The notes under the pieces: generated by a model
What the model saw: the letters and a program-made list of their open reading frames with translations, nothing else
The model's database searches: none
Told to the model about the DNA's origin: nothing
Assembly (NCBI GenBank): GCA_035526025.1
Contig: DATLDE010000002.1
Span: forward strand, 2,340-66,339
DNA length: 64,000 bases
Direction of reading: 5' to 3'
Source of the DNA: Candidatus Limnocylindrales bacterium
GTDB taxonomy: Bacteria; Patescibacteriota; Microgenomatia; Levybacterales; UBA12049
Shown: piece after piece, positions 28,141 through 37,586 of the stretch
Layout of the letters: every line of letters begins with the position of its first letter
How positions within the stretch are numbered: position 1 is the stretch's first letter
Translations under genes and position numbers: made by a program

Positions 28141-29151
28141 ATGACCAAACCAAATCAAAATTCAAACACCAAAATCCCCAAAGTCGTAGTTATAGGAGGC
28201 GGAACAGGAAGTTTCGTCGCTCTTTCGGGCTTAAAAAAATATCCAATTGATCTGACTGCAATTGTGACCATGATGGATAGTGGTGGATCAAGTGGCAGAC
28301 TGCGGGATGAGCTTGGAGTCTTGCCACCAGGGGATATACGACAATGCCTTGTGGCTCTGGCGACTTCATCCAAACTGCTTCGGGATCTTTTTATGTACCG
28401 TTTTGAGGAAGGTGATCTTAAGGGTCATAATTTTGGAAATATATTTCTATCGTCCCTTGAAAAAACAACCGGAAGTATGGAAAAAGCGATAACTGAAGTA
28501 AGCAAAATTCTTCGTATTCATGGTCACGTAGTTCCAGTTACTTTTAAAAAGGCAGATCTCTGCGTTGAGCTTATTGATGGAAAAATAATCACTGGTGAGA
28601 CACATATAGATGAGGTAGAAACAAAAATGAATAGGGCTCGTATAAAGAAGGCATTTCTAACGCCTAGTGTCACTGCCAATCCAAACGCATTAAAATCAAT
28701 AATTGAGGCTGACTTTATCTTAATTGGTCCGGGAGACCTTTATACCAGTATAATCCCGAATTTACTGGTAAAAGGAATTGCAAATGCTCTGAAAAAATCC
28801 AAAGCTCACAAGATATATGTTATGAATCTTATGACAAAATACGGCCAGACAACACATTACACAGCAATTGATCATATAAGCGATCTAGAAAAATATATTG
28901 GGAAAAAAACTATTAATTCAATTCTCCTGAATACAAAGCGACCGACTAAAGAAACTTTATCTTGGTATGAAGATTTTGATGAACAACCTGTGATCGATAA
29001 TCTAAAAGATTCAATTTATTCTGTTATCAAAAAGGATCTTTTAAAAAATATAGTTCTTAAGAAAAGTCCGACTGATTCTCTGAAAAGAAGCATAATCCGC
29101 CACGATTCAATAAAGTTAGCCAAAGCAGTCATGGAGATAATAAGTAATTAA
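28141..29151 (+). CDS. YvcK/CofD-family protein (UPF0052, gluconeogenesis-factor-like)
   Basis: KVVVIGGGTGSFVALSGL...MMDSGGSSGRLRDELGVLPPGDIRQCL is the family signature. Start set at ATG 28141, after the AAGGA SD. The track start at 28099 overlaps glmS. Confidence 0.75.
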   Translation: MTKPNQNSNTKIPKVVVIGGGTGSFVALSGLKKYPIDLTAIVTMMDSGGSSGRLRDELGVLPPGDIRQCLVALATSSKLLRDLFMYRFEEGDLKGHNFGNIFLSSLEKTTGSMEKAITEVSKILRIHGHVVPVTFKKADLCVELIDGKIITGETHIDEVETKMNRARIKKAFLTPSVTANPNALKSIIEADFILIGPGDLYTSIIPNLLVKGIANALKKSKAHKIYVMNLMTKYGQTTHYTAIDHISDLEKYIGKKTINSILLNTKRPTKETLSWYEDFDEQPVIDNLKDSIYSVIKKDLLKNIVLKKSPTDSLKRSIIRHDSIKLAKAVMEIISN

Positions 29152-29190
29152 AATAGTCAGTCTTATTATTTACCACTTAGTATTAGATCG

Positions 29191-29976
29191 CTAAACAGCA
29201 ACTGGCCTTGGAGGTTTGGTGAATACAAAACGCGTTGATTCAAAAGGCCTAAAATTGGTCCTGGTATCCTTAGCATTATCCGAATTTGTAATTCCTATTA
29301 AATCTGTCGGGCCCCAATACCAAGATCTTGTCCTTGCCTGATCAAACCCTTTTGCTTCCGCCAATCCATTCCATTCTTCAATAGATTTATATGTATGAGG
29401 GGTTGATCCTCCAGGCTGTCTATTGAGAACCTCATCAAAACGTCCAAAAATCGATCTTATTCTACTCTTTTTTTCACTATCCATTGTAGGCATTGTTTCC
29501 TCAAGGAGTATTAGCTTGCCGCCGGGCCTAAGAGTGCGCATCGCCTCACTCAAAATCTCTTCCTGCGCTCCGTCTTCGCAAAAGTGAAGAATATTATTTA
29601 ACACAACAGCATCGCTACTATTGTCTGCAAACGGAAGTTTGCTTGCATCCCCAATCACAAACTTTCCGTCTTTTGTGTCAGAAGTTCTGAGATCACCTAA
29701 ATCAAGTTTAAGTGTAGTTGCGCCTGTTCTTTGCTCTATAGCTTGGGCTACATGCCCTGTACCAGCACCAAGATATAAAACTCTTTCTCCGCTTTGAATT
29801 TCATTCCCCAGCTCTCCGCGCTCATACATGTCATTTGCTCTACCTCTTGCACCATCTAGAAATTTTTTCAAAAGTAGCGGATGCCTTTCAACAAATGAAA
29901 CAAATTTTTGTGGCCGATCTATATCGTAAGTTACTTTAGGTTGTTCTTCCCCCGTTGATCCTCTTATTTCTGCCAT
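29191..29976 (-). CDS. class I SAM-dependent methyltransferase
   Basis: Motif I VLYLGAGTGHVAQAI, followed by the post-I acidic residue and the motif II/III spacing. Confidence 0.7.
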   Translation of the reverse strand: MAEIRGSTGEEQPKVTYDIDRPQKFVSFVERHPLLLKKFLDGARGRANDMYERGELGNEIQSGERVLYLGAGTGHVAQAIEQRTGATTLKLDLGDLRTSDTKDGKFVIGDASKLPFADNSSDAVVLNNILHFCEDGAQEEILSEAMRTLRPGGKLILLEETMPTMDSEKKSRIRSIFGRFDEVLNRQPGGSTPHTYKSIEEWNGLAEAKGFDQARTRSWYWGPTDLIGITNSDNAKDTRTNFRPFESTRFVFTKPPRPVAV

Positions 29977-30109
29977 AAGTCCTACACGCTCCCATTTATT
30001 TTCAGAAGACTATGTAGCTTGAGTATTATATCCTCCCAATATAATTTTTTCAATCTCTGACAATTGCGTGAAATAGATTAGCAACAGACAAAGATAGTAT
30101 AATAATATA

Positions 30110-30358
30110 TTGATGTGGCATATATATATTCTCCTTTGCTCTGACAACAGTCTTTATACAGGCTCGACCAACGACCTTGATAAAAGATTTTTGAGTCATA
30201 TGAGTGGAAAAGGTAGCAAGTATACCCGCTCCCACAAGCCGCTACGAATTATCCACACTGAGGAGCTTAAGACCAAATCTGAGGCTCTCAAGCGGGAAAT
30301 AGAAATAAAAAGCTGGAGTAGAACTAAGAAGATTCAAACTCTGAATCTGGATATTTAG
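30110..30358 (+). CDS. GIY-YIG nuclease domain protein (second small standalone copy)
   Basis: 82 aa: WHIYILLCSDNSLYTGSTNDLDKRFLSH...IEIKSW. A TAGTATAAT -10 lies about 25 nt upstream. Confidence 0.75.
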   Translation: MMWHIYILLCSDNSLYTGSTNDLDKRFLSHMSGKGSKYTRSHKPLRIIHTEELKTKSEALKREIEIKSWSRTKKIQTLNLDI

Positions 30359-30705
30359 TAGAATAAATCCAACCATTTTTTCCAATTCGGGCGGGTGTCT
30401 TTGGGTTTTGGCTTGCTGGATTCAGATGCCTTCAAATCTTTATCTGATAAAACAATAACTTGTTCACCTGGCTTTACCATAAAAAGCTTATTTCTCGCCT
30501 CTTCTTCAATAAAATTCGGCCTTTCAATCTTGTTTAATTTGTTCCTTAACTCTTGATTCTTGTCCTTTTGTCTCTGGACTTCTAGTCGGCTATCATCCAC
30601 CAGTTGTTTTTTTTGCCAAAGTTTATATGTTGAATGGGCCAAGTTATTTATAACAACCAACGAGGTAATGATAATAATAAAAAATCCTATTTTCTTTGGA
30701 GACAT
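30355..30705 (-). CDS. septum formation initiator family protein (FtsB/DivIC-like)
   Basis: N-terminal TM helix, coiled-coil leucine zipper (QKDKNQELRNKLNKIE) and the conserved ARNKLFMVKPGEQVI motif. Confidence 0.6.
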   Translation of the reverse strand: MSPKKIGFFIIIITSLVVINNLAHSTYKLWQKKQLVDDSRLEVQRQKDKNQELRNKLNKIERPNFIEEEARNKLFMVKPGEQVIVLSDKDLKASESSKPKPKDTRPNWKKWLDLFY

Positions 30706-30815
30706 AATAGTTTATAATATAATCTCTTTTTACTGTCTTTGCAAAGGGGAATGCAGATTTGATATTGGTGCTTGAATTTTCATTTCGTTTGTGATATTAT
30801 GGGACATAGTAATAT

Positions 30816-31676
30816 ATGAATATAATAAAAGTGCGTGATGCGCACCAGCAATTCCTAGAATTCTTAAAAGGCAAAAAGCACTCCAGTGCTACAATTTTGG
30901 CCTACGGAAAAGACATAGACCAGCTTACGAGCTTTCTTGAAGAGCTTGAAAAACAGCATATTCATGATGTCTCAAAGGATGATATACAGGCCTTTTTGGG
31001 TAAATTATCAGAAAAAGGATACACACCAAAATCATTATCCAGAAAACTTAACTCGACCCGTACTTTCTACAGATTTCTAAAAGTAAATGAATACGTAACA
31101 GATGACCCTTCTCTCCTTGTCTCTCATCCCCAATACGAACTCGCAGCACCTAGAATGTTAAAACCAACAGAATATAGAGCACTCAGAGATGCAGCCCGGA
31201 ACGACGCACGAATGTACGCGATTATTGAGCTTCTTCTCCAGACAGGAATCAGAATCGGGGAACTCGCAGATCTGAGGATGTTAGATATACAACCAGATGG
31301 CCTCAGGATAACACCTCATGAAAAACACGCAGAGCGCGTTGTACCAATGAACAAATCAGCAAAAGAAGCACTTGATAGGTTCCTCAAAATCCGACCTGAA
31401 ATAGAAGATAATCACATTTTTGTTACAAAATCAGGCAAACCATTTCTCGTCCGTAATATCAGGACAGCAATTGAGAGATATTTCAGAATAGCAGGAATTG
31501 AAAATGCAAAGGTAAATGATCTCAGACACACATTTGTTGCACACCACCTGAAGCACGGTGTCTCACTAGTACTTCTCTCAAAAATTCTAGGACACAAAAG
31601 ACTTTCTACAACAGAAAGATACCTGGAATACGTTCAGGATAGAGCCAAAGACACCACCAACCTCAGCGAGCTTTAA
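30816..31676 (+). CDS. tyrosine site-specific recombinase (XerC/XerD / phage-integrase family)
   Basis: N-terminal SAM-like core-binding domain. Catalytic box II LRHTFVAHHL and GHKRLSTTERYLEY (R-H-R-Y tetrad). Confidence 0.8.
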   Translation: MNIIKVRDAHQQFLEFLKGKKHSSATILAYGKDIDQLTSFLEELEKQHIHDVSKDDIQAFLGKLSEKGYTPKSLSRKLNSTRTFYRFLKVNEYVTDDPSLLVSHPQYELAAPRMLKPTEYRALRDAARNDARMYAIIELLLQTGIRIGELADLRMLDIQPDGLRITPHEKHAERVVPMNKSAKEALDRFLKIRPEIEDNHIFVTKSGKPFLVRNIRTAIERYFRIAGIENAKVNDLRHTFVAHHLKHGVSLVLLSKILGHKRLSTTERYLEYVQDRAKDTTNLSEL

Positions 31677-32029
31677 AATTCCATACAATGAAGCTTGAAC
31701 AGCAGTGTCCCTATTTGGAAATTAAGGACAATAGAGCATTAACTACTAAGAGAGCTAGGCTAGATACCTCCTGTCGTATAGATTGTCCGTTAAATGGCGC
31801 TACATTTTTGGGCCCTGAAGAATCTCCCACCTCTAAATCAACGCTTTTTGCTAAAATTGATAACTTGAGAAGTGAATCTTGTAGAGTAACAGACATTGGC
31901 AAAGCATTAGAAAATTTAAAAAATTTAAGTAATGCTACAAAGAGAACAAATTCTTCCTAAACTCTTCAAGCTTATTACTATTCAGTCTCATTCTTAAAAT
32001 ATCATTTGCTATTCTATCCAAAAAGCTTG

Positions 32030-32102
32030 TGCGCCTGGGAGGACTCGAACCTCCGACAACTTATGTATAAGATAAGAGTTCTAGCCGCTGAACTACAGGC
32101 GC
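32030..32102 (-). tRNA. tRNA-Ile (UAU anticodon, reads AUA)
   Basis: Reverse complement: acceptor GCGCCTG/CAGGCGC, D-arm GTTC-AGCGGCTA-GAAC, anticodon stem CTTAT/ATAAG with loop CTTATAC (TAT), T-arm GGAGG-TTCGAGT-CCTCC and discriminator A. Confidence 0.75.
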
Positions 32103-32120
32103 GCATCAAGTATTATATCA

Positions 32121-32804
32121 TCAAAGATCAGATATGTCAGGATAATCTGCCATAGCCTTGATTGACATAAGTATTCTTTCTTTTAGTCTCGTGTCATATA
32201 CCCGCAACATGCATGTCCCATGTCCGTATCCCTTGTAGGACAATCCTTCTCTTGTACTTTTCTTAATATAGGGCTTGGCAAACTGTTTCTTTTCAATATT
32301 TAACATCTTACTCCAATAATCTACAGCTTCCTCTATTATCATGTCATCATATAAATGAAGACGTACTTGTATTTTATCCTTAGGCACATCAAGAGACTTT
32401 ATTATCCAATACAAAGAAAATTTTAATACACCAGGATCTGTATTGCTAATACTTAACATGCCTTTCTCGGTCTTGCCACCTTCTCCCCAATACAAAAACA
32501 AGCCTGCTAGAAATAACTCTCTTTTCGATAGAGTCAGATACTCTTTTTGTTGCTGTAAATAAATTATGTCTAGCTTATTTTGACGATTTACCTGCTTTGT
32601 GATACTTGTTTTTTCCCTGGCTAAATATCTTCTTTTATCCACGCTGGTTTTTAATAAAACCAATTGGTTCTCAGTTAATGGATAATCCTGTAACCATCCC
32701 GAAAGGGTTCCCTTGGAGACATTTAATTCAGCTCTAATCTCACCATAAGTCTTGCCACTTTGTCTTAACACAATTGCTCTTTGACGATCTTTATTTCTTG
32801 ACAT
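32121..32804 (-). CDS. LAGLIDADG-like homing-endonuclease-family protein with N-terminal HTH (tentative)
   Basis: LFLAGLFLYWGEGGK resembles a single LAGLIDADG motif (LAG-hydrophobic-x-D/E-G-D/G-G). N-terminal HTH RQSGKTYGEIRAELNVSKGTLSGWL. Begins 18 nt after tRNA-Ile. Confidence 0.4.
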   Translation of the reverse strand: MSRNKDRQRAIVLRQSGKTYGEIRAELNVSKGTLSGWLQDYPLTENQLVLLKTSVDKRRYLAREKTSITKQVNRQNKLDIIYLQQQKEYLTLSKRELFLAGLFLYWGEGGKTEKGMLSISNTDPGVLKFSLYWIIKSLDVPKDKIQVRLHLYDDMIIEEAVDYWSKMLNIEKKQFAKPYIKKSTREGLSYKGYGHGTCMLRVYDTRLKERILMSIKAMADYPDISDL

Positions 32805-32902
32805 AAGTAAACTATAGAACTAGTGTTTGATGACACTAAATATAGTGTACGAATAATAGAAGATCTTGTCAAATAAAGTACTTTTGTTCATTGCGCCTTC
32901 GT

Positions 32903-35293
32903 CTAAAGACGAGCGCGCGTGGAGATTTCTGCTTCCACCTGATCTACTCCTTTTCCAAACTTCAAACGTGATAGTTCCCGGACAAGCTCAGCAACTCTGT
33001 CATTTCGAAGTGCCTTTTCTTGCGATACATCTTTGGTGGTATCAATTGAAAATGGCGCGACAGGCTCTCCGTTAACTATTGTTCTCATATAAGCATTATA
33101 CTTATCCACATTTATAAGATCATTTTCATTAAATAACGGCTGGAATTCATGCTGGAGATAATTTGCATCAGTCACACCTACTCTAAATGATGCTATTGTT
33201 CCTACGTTTCCAAAAATAGCATTTTTGATCTCCTCTTCCATTTGTCCTATAAATTGATTTGCAACGATCAAATTAAGGCGGTATTTCCTGGCTTCTGACA
33301 GAATCTGGGCAAAATCAGGTGTTGCAAAATTCTGGAACTCATCAACATAGAGGAAGAAATCGCGCCTGTCGTCCTGATCTGGAATATCCTGTCTACTCAT
33401 AGCGGCAACAAGGATCTTTGGAACCAGAACCAACCCCAGGAAATTGGCATTTTCTTCACCGATTTTACCCTTTGAAAGATTAATTAGAAGAATCTTACCC
33501 TCATCCATGACTTTTCTGAAATCAAATGAACTTTCTGACTGCCCGATGATATTTCTGATCATTTTATTGGTAACAAAACGCCCAAACTTGGAGGTGATAT
33601 AATCAAGAACTTCAGATTTGTGAAAATCAGAAGTCTGTGCGATCTGATCTGTCCAATAACGCCTAATGATCGGATCCTCAACTTTTGGCAATAACTCCTG
33701 AACAAATGCCTGATCTGTGAGAACACGGACAACTTCGATAAAAGTGCTCCCCTTCTCATACATAACAGTAAGCATAGCGTTACGTATAGCATGTTCAAAA
33801 CGGGGACCGATAATACCGGTCTTGTTCGGGTCAAAAAGTTTATACATCAGTCCGATAATTGAGTTCACAATAAAATGTTTTTGCTGCTCGGTATCTGCTG
33901 CGAGCATATTAAATCCCATAGGCCTATCCGTATCTGATGGATCAAAAAGAATAACCTCCTCAGCTCTTTTGGGTGGAATAAGTCTCAAGATATCTTCAAT
34001 TAAATCACCATGCGGATCAATAACAGCAAGACCTTCACCGTTATTTATGTCCTGCATAATCATTGTTTTCAAGAATTCTGTTTTTCCGGTACCTGTTTTC
34101 CCGATAATATATGTATGCCGTCTTCTATCTTCCCGCTCGATATGAATAGGTCTGGAAATGCCTCTATACGTACTTTTGCCCATATAAAGCCCCGTTGTTG
34201 ATAGATTTGAGGGGGCTGGGGATCTTTTGGCAGTTAACCAGTGAATTCCAGGGGTCGTATAGACACTTTTATTTGGAAAGTGATAAATCGTCGCGAGCTC
34301 TTCACTTGATAAAACCGATGTTTGTCCCCACATCGGAAAATATCTGTAAATAAAATCGTTCATGAACCATCCCTTGAAATAATTTTTGTTTTTTGTAAAT
34401 GAATTATGAAGAGTGAATTGGCTAAAAGATCCTTTTATATTATCAACATGTGACTTTGCTGCTTCATATGTTTTGGCTGATACCACTATCCTGATAGTTG
34501 TATCAAATCCAGGTTTTTGAATCTTACTTTCAATTGACTCAAGTTCCCTTGCATCAGATTTATAGCTTGCTTTCTCAGGATTTGCCTCATTTTTCTTTGT
34601 GTGACCGATAAAGCTCCTCCCCTCTTTTTTCCATTTTGCAGAGGCTGGACTTATGATAATTTGAAGAGCAGCACCTTCTCCCTCACCCATTTTAGCGAGT
34701 ACTGATGTAATTGATGATAATGAATCAACAGGCAAATCTTTATACGCTTTTATAGGCATGTGATTTGCCCCTTTAAGCCTGAGCGACACAAAAGCAACTT
34801 TCCCCTCTTTTGAAAAAATGTTGTACTCAGTTCCCAATACTGTACCAACACGTTGCTTGGCTGCAGGATCTGTAACAGGAATTATTTCAGCATCAGGATA
34901 CGAACCATTAATTTGCTTCTCAACCAAATCACGAAGTTTATTGGGTACATTTACATAAAAACGTATGTCTCCAGGAAGCCCTACTATTTCAAAAGATAAA
35001 TGAGGTTGAGATTTGAAAAAGGCTAACCTGTCTTTATCATATGTCTTACGGATTGCATATATAGCTGAGAACATTTGCTCTGCGGCATCAATTTTTATTT
35101 CATTATCTCTTGGAACTGTAACTTGTAGAAGTGTTGAGTTGAGGGCCTCAAACTCTCTTTTGCGGTGTCTTATCCACATCATTAAAAAATAGAAAAAAAC
35201 CATCCCAAAACCTATCACTGATACCACAACAACTGCTGTGACAAATAGAGTAATTAGTAAAGTAGCGGGATTTTCAATTGTTGGAAACTGCAT
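32903..35293 (-). CDS. TraD/TraG/VirD4-like type IV coupling ATPase (T4SS DNA-binding-domain protein)
   Basis: Two N-terminal TM helices, then Walker A IIGKTGTGKTEFL and DPHGD (the TrwB/TraD-type motif). 796 aa. Confidence 0.6.
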   Translation of the reverse strand: MQFPTIENPATLLITLFVTAVVVVSVIGFGMVFFYFLMMWIRHRKREFEALNSTLLQVTVPRDNEIKIDAAEQMFSAIYAIRKTYDKDRLAFFKSQPHLSFEIVGLPGDIRFYVNVPNKLRDLVEKQINGSYPDAEIIPVTDPAAKQRVGTVLGTEYNIFSKEGKVAFVSLRLKGANHMPIKAYKDLPVDSLSSITSVLAKMGEGEGAALQIIISPASAKWKKEGRSFIGHTKKNEANPEKASYKSDARELESIESKIQKPGFDTTIRIVVSAKTYEAAKSHVDNIKGSFSQFTLHNSFTKNKNYFKGWFMNDFIYRYFPMWGQTSVLSSEELATIYHFPNKSVYTTPGIHWLTAKRSPAPSNLSTTGLYMGKSTYRGISRPIHIEREDRRRHTYIIGKTGTGKTEFLKTMIMQDINNGEGLAVIDPHGDLIEDILRLIPPKRAEEVILFDPSDTDRPMGFNMLAADTEQQKHFIVNSIIGLMYKLFDPNKTGIIGPRFEHAIRNAMLTVMYEKGSTFIEVVRVLTDQAFVQELLPKVEDPIIRRYWTDQIAQTSDFHKSEVLDYITSKFGRFVTNKMIRNIIGQSESSFDFRKVMDEGKILLINLSKGKIGEENANFLGLVLVPKILVAAMSRQDIPDQDDRRDFFLYVDEFQNFATPDFAQILSEARKYRLNLIVANQFIGQMEEEIKNAIFGNVGTIASFRVGVTDANYLQHEFQPLFNENDLINVDKYNAYMRTIVNGEPVAPFSIDTTKDVSQEKALRNDRVAELVRELSRLKFGKGVDQVEAEISTRARL

Positions 35294-35296
35294 ATT

Positions 35297-35941
35297 TTAT
35301 TCTTCCTTATTTTTTACCTCTTTTGATGTAATCTTAATTTTTTTCCAATGATACATAACAACTGCTGCAAGCCAGGCGACTGAACTTTTCCATTTATACT
35401 TTTTGCGTGTAAATTCAGCTTCATCATAACTCATGGGCAAGCTAACAAATCCTGAGGTCGTTGGATGAACGGGAACATCTTCCCCTACATGAGTTACACC
35501 AGCTTGTTGCACATCTTTTGGAATATCAGGCTTTTCTGCATCAGGACTTTTTTCAACAAACGACTCGAGCTCTTTTTCAACTACTTTCTCCTCCTCAACT
35601 ATCTCTGCCTCTGACATCTTTGCAACATCGGGTAATGGAGCTGAAACAGGCTCCTGTTCTTTACTTCTAGGAGCGCTTACAGGCTGTGGTATTGACGGAG
35701 GTGCCTGCGGTTTTTCCTCAACTTGTGCAACAGGTACAGCTTGTGACGGCTGTGCAGCAGGCACAGTCACAGATTCGTTTTGAGAAGTACTTGAAGTATT
35801 TTGCTGCGGGACTGATTGGGCTGGCGACGAATCATCCTGACTAGGGATAGTATCCTTTGGCGACGGATTGGGAAGATTTACCTGAATTCCACCACGGTTT
35901 ACAACAGCAGGCTGCGGTGTTTTGGTAGCACTATTATCCAT
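35297..35941 (-). CDS. Pro/Gln/Ser-rich low-complexity protein with C-terminal TM anchor
   Basis: 214 aa, largely disordered (PQP, SAP repeats). Its stop overlaps the start of the coupling-ATPase gene. Confidence 0.5.
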   Translation of the reverse strand: MDNSATKTPQPAVVNRGGIQVNLPNPSPKDTIPSQDDSSPAQSVPQQNTSSTSQNESVTVPAAQPSQAVPVAQVEEKPQAPPSIPQPVSAPRSKEQEPVSAPLPDVAKMSEAEIVEEEKVVEKELESFVEKSPDAEKPDIPKDVQQAGVTHVGEDVPVHPTTSGFVSLPMSYDEAEFTRKKYKWKSSVAWLAAVVMYHWKKIKITSKEVKNKEE

Positions 35942-36006
35942 AAAATAATCTTATCACGCTGGAGTTCAAGTGGCAATTAAAAAGACCCAACAAAATGCTT
36001 ATAAAA

Positions 36007-36150
36007 TTACTTTTTGGGCTGCCAACCGCAAAGCGGGCATTTTGTTAATTCTTCTCTTTGGATAAGTAAAACTTCTTCATCATTTGCTTCCCATCCACAC
36101 CCACGGCAGATTATTTTGTAACAAATTTCACAATCTTGTTGTTTTTTCAT
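36007..36150 (-). CDS. 47-aa four-cysteine zinc-ribbon protein (missed by ORF track)
   Basis: ATG at 36148-36150, 2 nt after the stop of the upstream gene. Peptide MKKQQDCEICYKIICRGCGWEANDEEVLLIQREELTKCPLCGWQPKK has a CxxC...CxxC pair. Stop at 36007-36009. Confidence 0.45.
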   Translation of the reverse strand: MKKQQDCEICYKIICRGCGWEANDEEVLLIQREELTKCPLCGWQPKK

Positions 36151-36152
36151 GT

Positions 36153-37586
36153 TTATGCGCACATCGCTTTACCACTTTTACTAGCATATTGTTGCTTTGT
36201 CAACCCACATCCACCTTTTGTTTTCGGACACTGATCTCCAACTGGACCAGTTGCATGATATCCACACTCCGGACAATTAAACCCTTCCTTACTTCCCCCA
36301 CCGCCTCCGCCCACCCGACGACCGGGATTCAAAATAGACATAAAACTTATTCCCCCACCACCGCCTGAACAACCTCTAATTTTAGAAGCCTCTTCGAGCC
36401 TTTCACCAAAGGACGCATAATTCTTATCTTTCAAATTATGCCAAACCCCTTTTTCCAGAATTTTCTCAGACCCTATCGCGTCTTTTGACCCAAAGAACTG
36501 ATCAGACATACGAAGAATTGCTACTGCAATTGCTTTTTGAAGATCATCTTTTGTATGGCCTCCTTCATTTGCATATTCCTCAAATTCCCTGATAACAGCT
36601 TGTGTTTTTGATTCAAAATTGTACAACTCCTCACCTTTAACAACGTCGTCATAAACGTTCCTCCAGGATCTGGTTTGCTGGTTCCCTTTTTTATCTTTGA
36701 AAGCATGCTCAGGCTGAATATCTTCTAATACTCTTATTACATCAAAGACACTATTAATATTTTCATTATCTCCCGGTTTTATTGTAGCAACAGCTTCTAC
36801 ATACTCCTCAAGCGGTGCACCTTTTTCGATCTGCTTACCAGTTAGCTTCAGGACTGCTTCCCGGCACTGCGGAAGATTGAAATCTGTTTTTACTGTGTAG
36901 TTCATTACCGAGTCATTTTGTTTTACCATTACAAAAAAATAGGAATCAATATAATCTATTCCTCGCCCGTCTTGATCCTTAAAACCTGTTGGTCCAACAG
37001 GACTTGCCATTACCGCAATGGATCCTTCAGGAGAGTTAAGCAGAAATTCTTTTATTTGAGTAAGAGACTTCTTAACCGAACCATTTCTTTCCTCATCAGT
37101 TGTAATTTCCGTCATGTCAGGCGATCTTCCATCTTTTGTCTTTCCATACAACGGCTCTTCAAGTCTTGTTGGATCGTCTGGATTTACCACGTACAATCGG
37201 GGGTAAACATTACTATCTGATAAAAACTCATGCTTAAAACCTTCAAGATCACGCCGCGTTTTGGTTGCCCAATTTCGCACCGATTTTATATCACGAACAT
37301 TTTCCAAAAGAGCCATCTGATTTTTCATAACAAATCCCACGTGTTTTTTATCGGGGGTTGTGAGCTCTGACCAGTTGCTATTCAATCCTTCTTTTCTATA
37401 GTGAGTGTCAAAATACCTGTTCCAGGCAGCAGTCCCGGCGTTTTCAGATGGTCTCACTGCTTGTTCTCGTCTTTTGCGTATCCCATCTATAGATATGACT
37501 TGCGCAAACTCACTCAAACCGGTGTTGTTTGCGTACTCTTGTTGTCTGTCTGGAAAATGAATTACTTGTCCTTGTTCTATTCCCAT
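36153..37586 (-). CDS. large hypothetical protein with Gly-tracts and C-terminal zinc ribbon
   Basis: 477 aa from ATG 37584-37586 (the track start at 37601 is TTG). GAGGAG SD is 7 nt upstream. C-terminal GGGGG...GGGGGG tracts and CPECG...CPKTKGGCG. No known domain recognised. Confidence 0.55.
   Translation of the reverse strand: MGIEQGQVIHFPDRQQEYANNTGLSEFAQVISIDGIRKRREQAVRPSENAGTAAWNRYFDTHYRKEGLNSNWSELTTPDKKHVGFVMKNQMALLENVRDIKSVRNWATKTRRDLEGFKHEFLSDSNVYPRLYVVNPDDPTRLEEPLYGKTKDGRSPDMTEITTDEERNGSVKKSLTQIKEFLLNSPEGSIAVMASPVGPTGFKDQDGRGIDYIDSYFFVMVKQNDSVMNYTVKTDFNLPQCREAVLKLTGKQIEKGAPLEEYVEAVATIKPGDNENINSVFDVIRVLEDIQPEHAFKDKKGNQQTRSWRNVYDDVVKGEELYNFESKTQAVIREFEEYANEGGHTKDDLQKAIAVAILRMSDQFFGSKDAIGSEKILEKGVWHNLKDKNYASFGERLEEASKIRGCSGGGGGISFMSILNPGRRVGGGGGGSKEGFNCPECGYHATGPVGDQCPKTKGGCGLTKQQYASKSGKAMCA

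Noticed and set aside
31688-31960. 90-aa plus-strand ORF and the overlapping 63-aa minus ORF between the recombinase gene and tRNA-Ile
   Set aside because: No SD or promoter, low-complexity translation, mutually overlapping. More likely a non-coding spacer.
36290-36370. Poly-G / poly-C tracts as homopolymeric phase-variation sites in the 477-aa gene
   Set aside because: The Gly runs are encoded by mixed GGT/GGA/GGC/GGG codons, so there is no long homopolymer.
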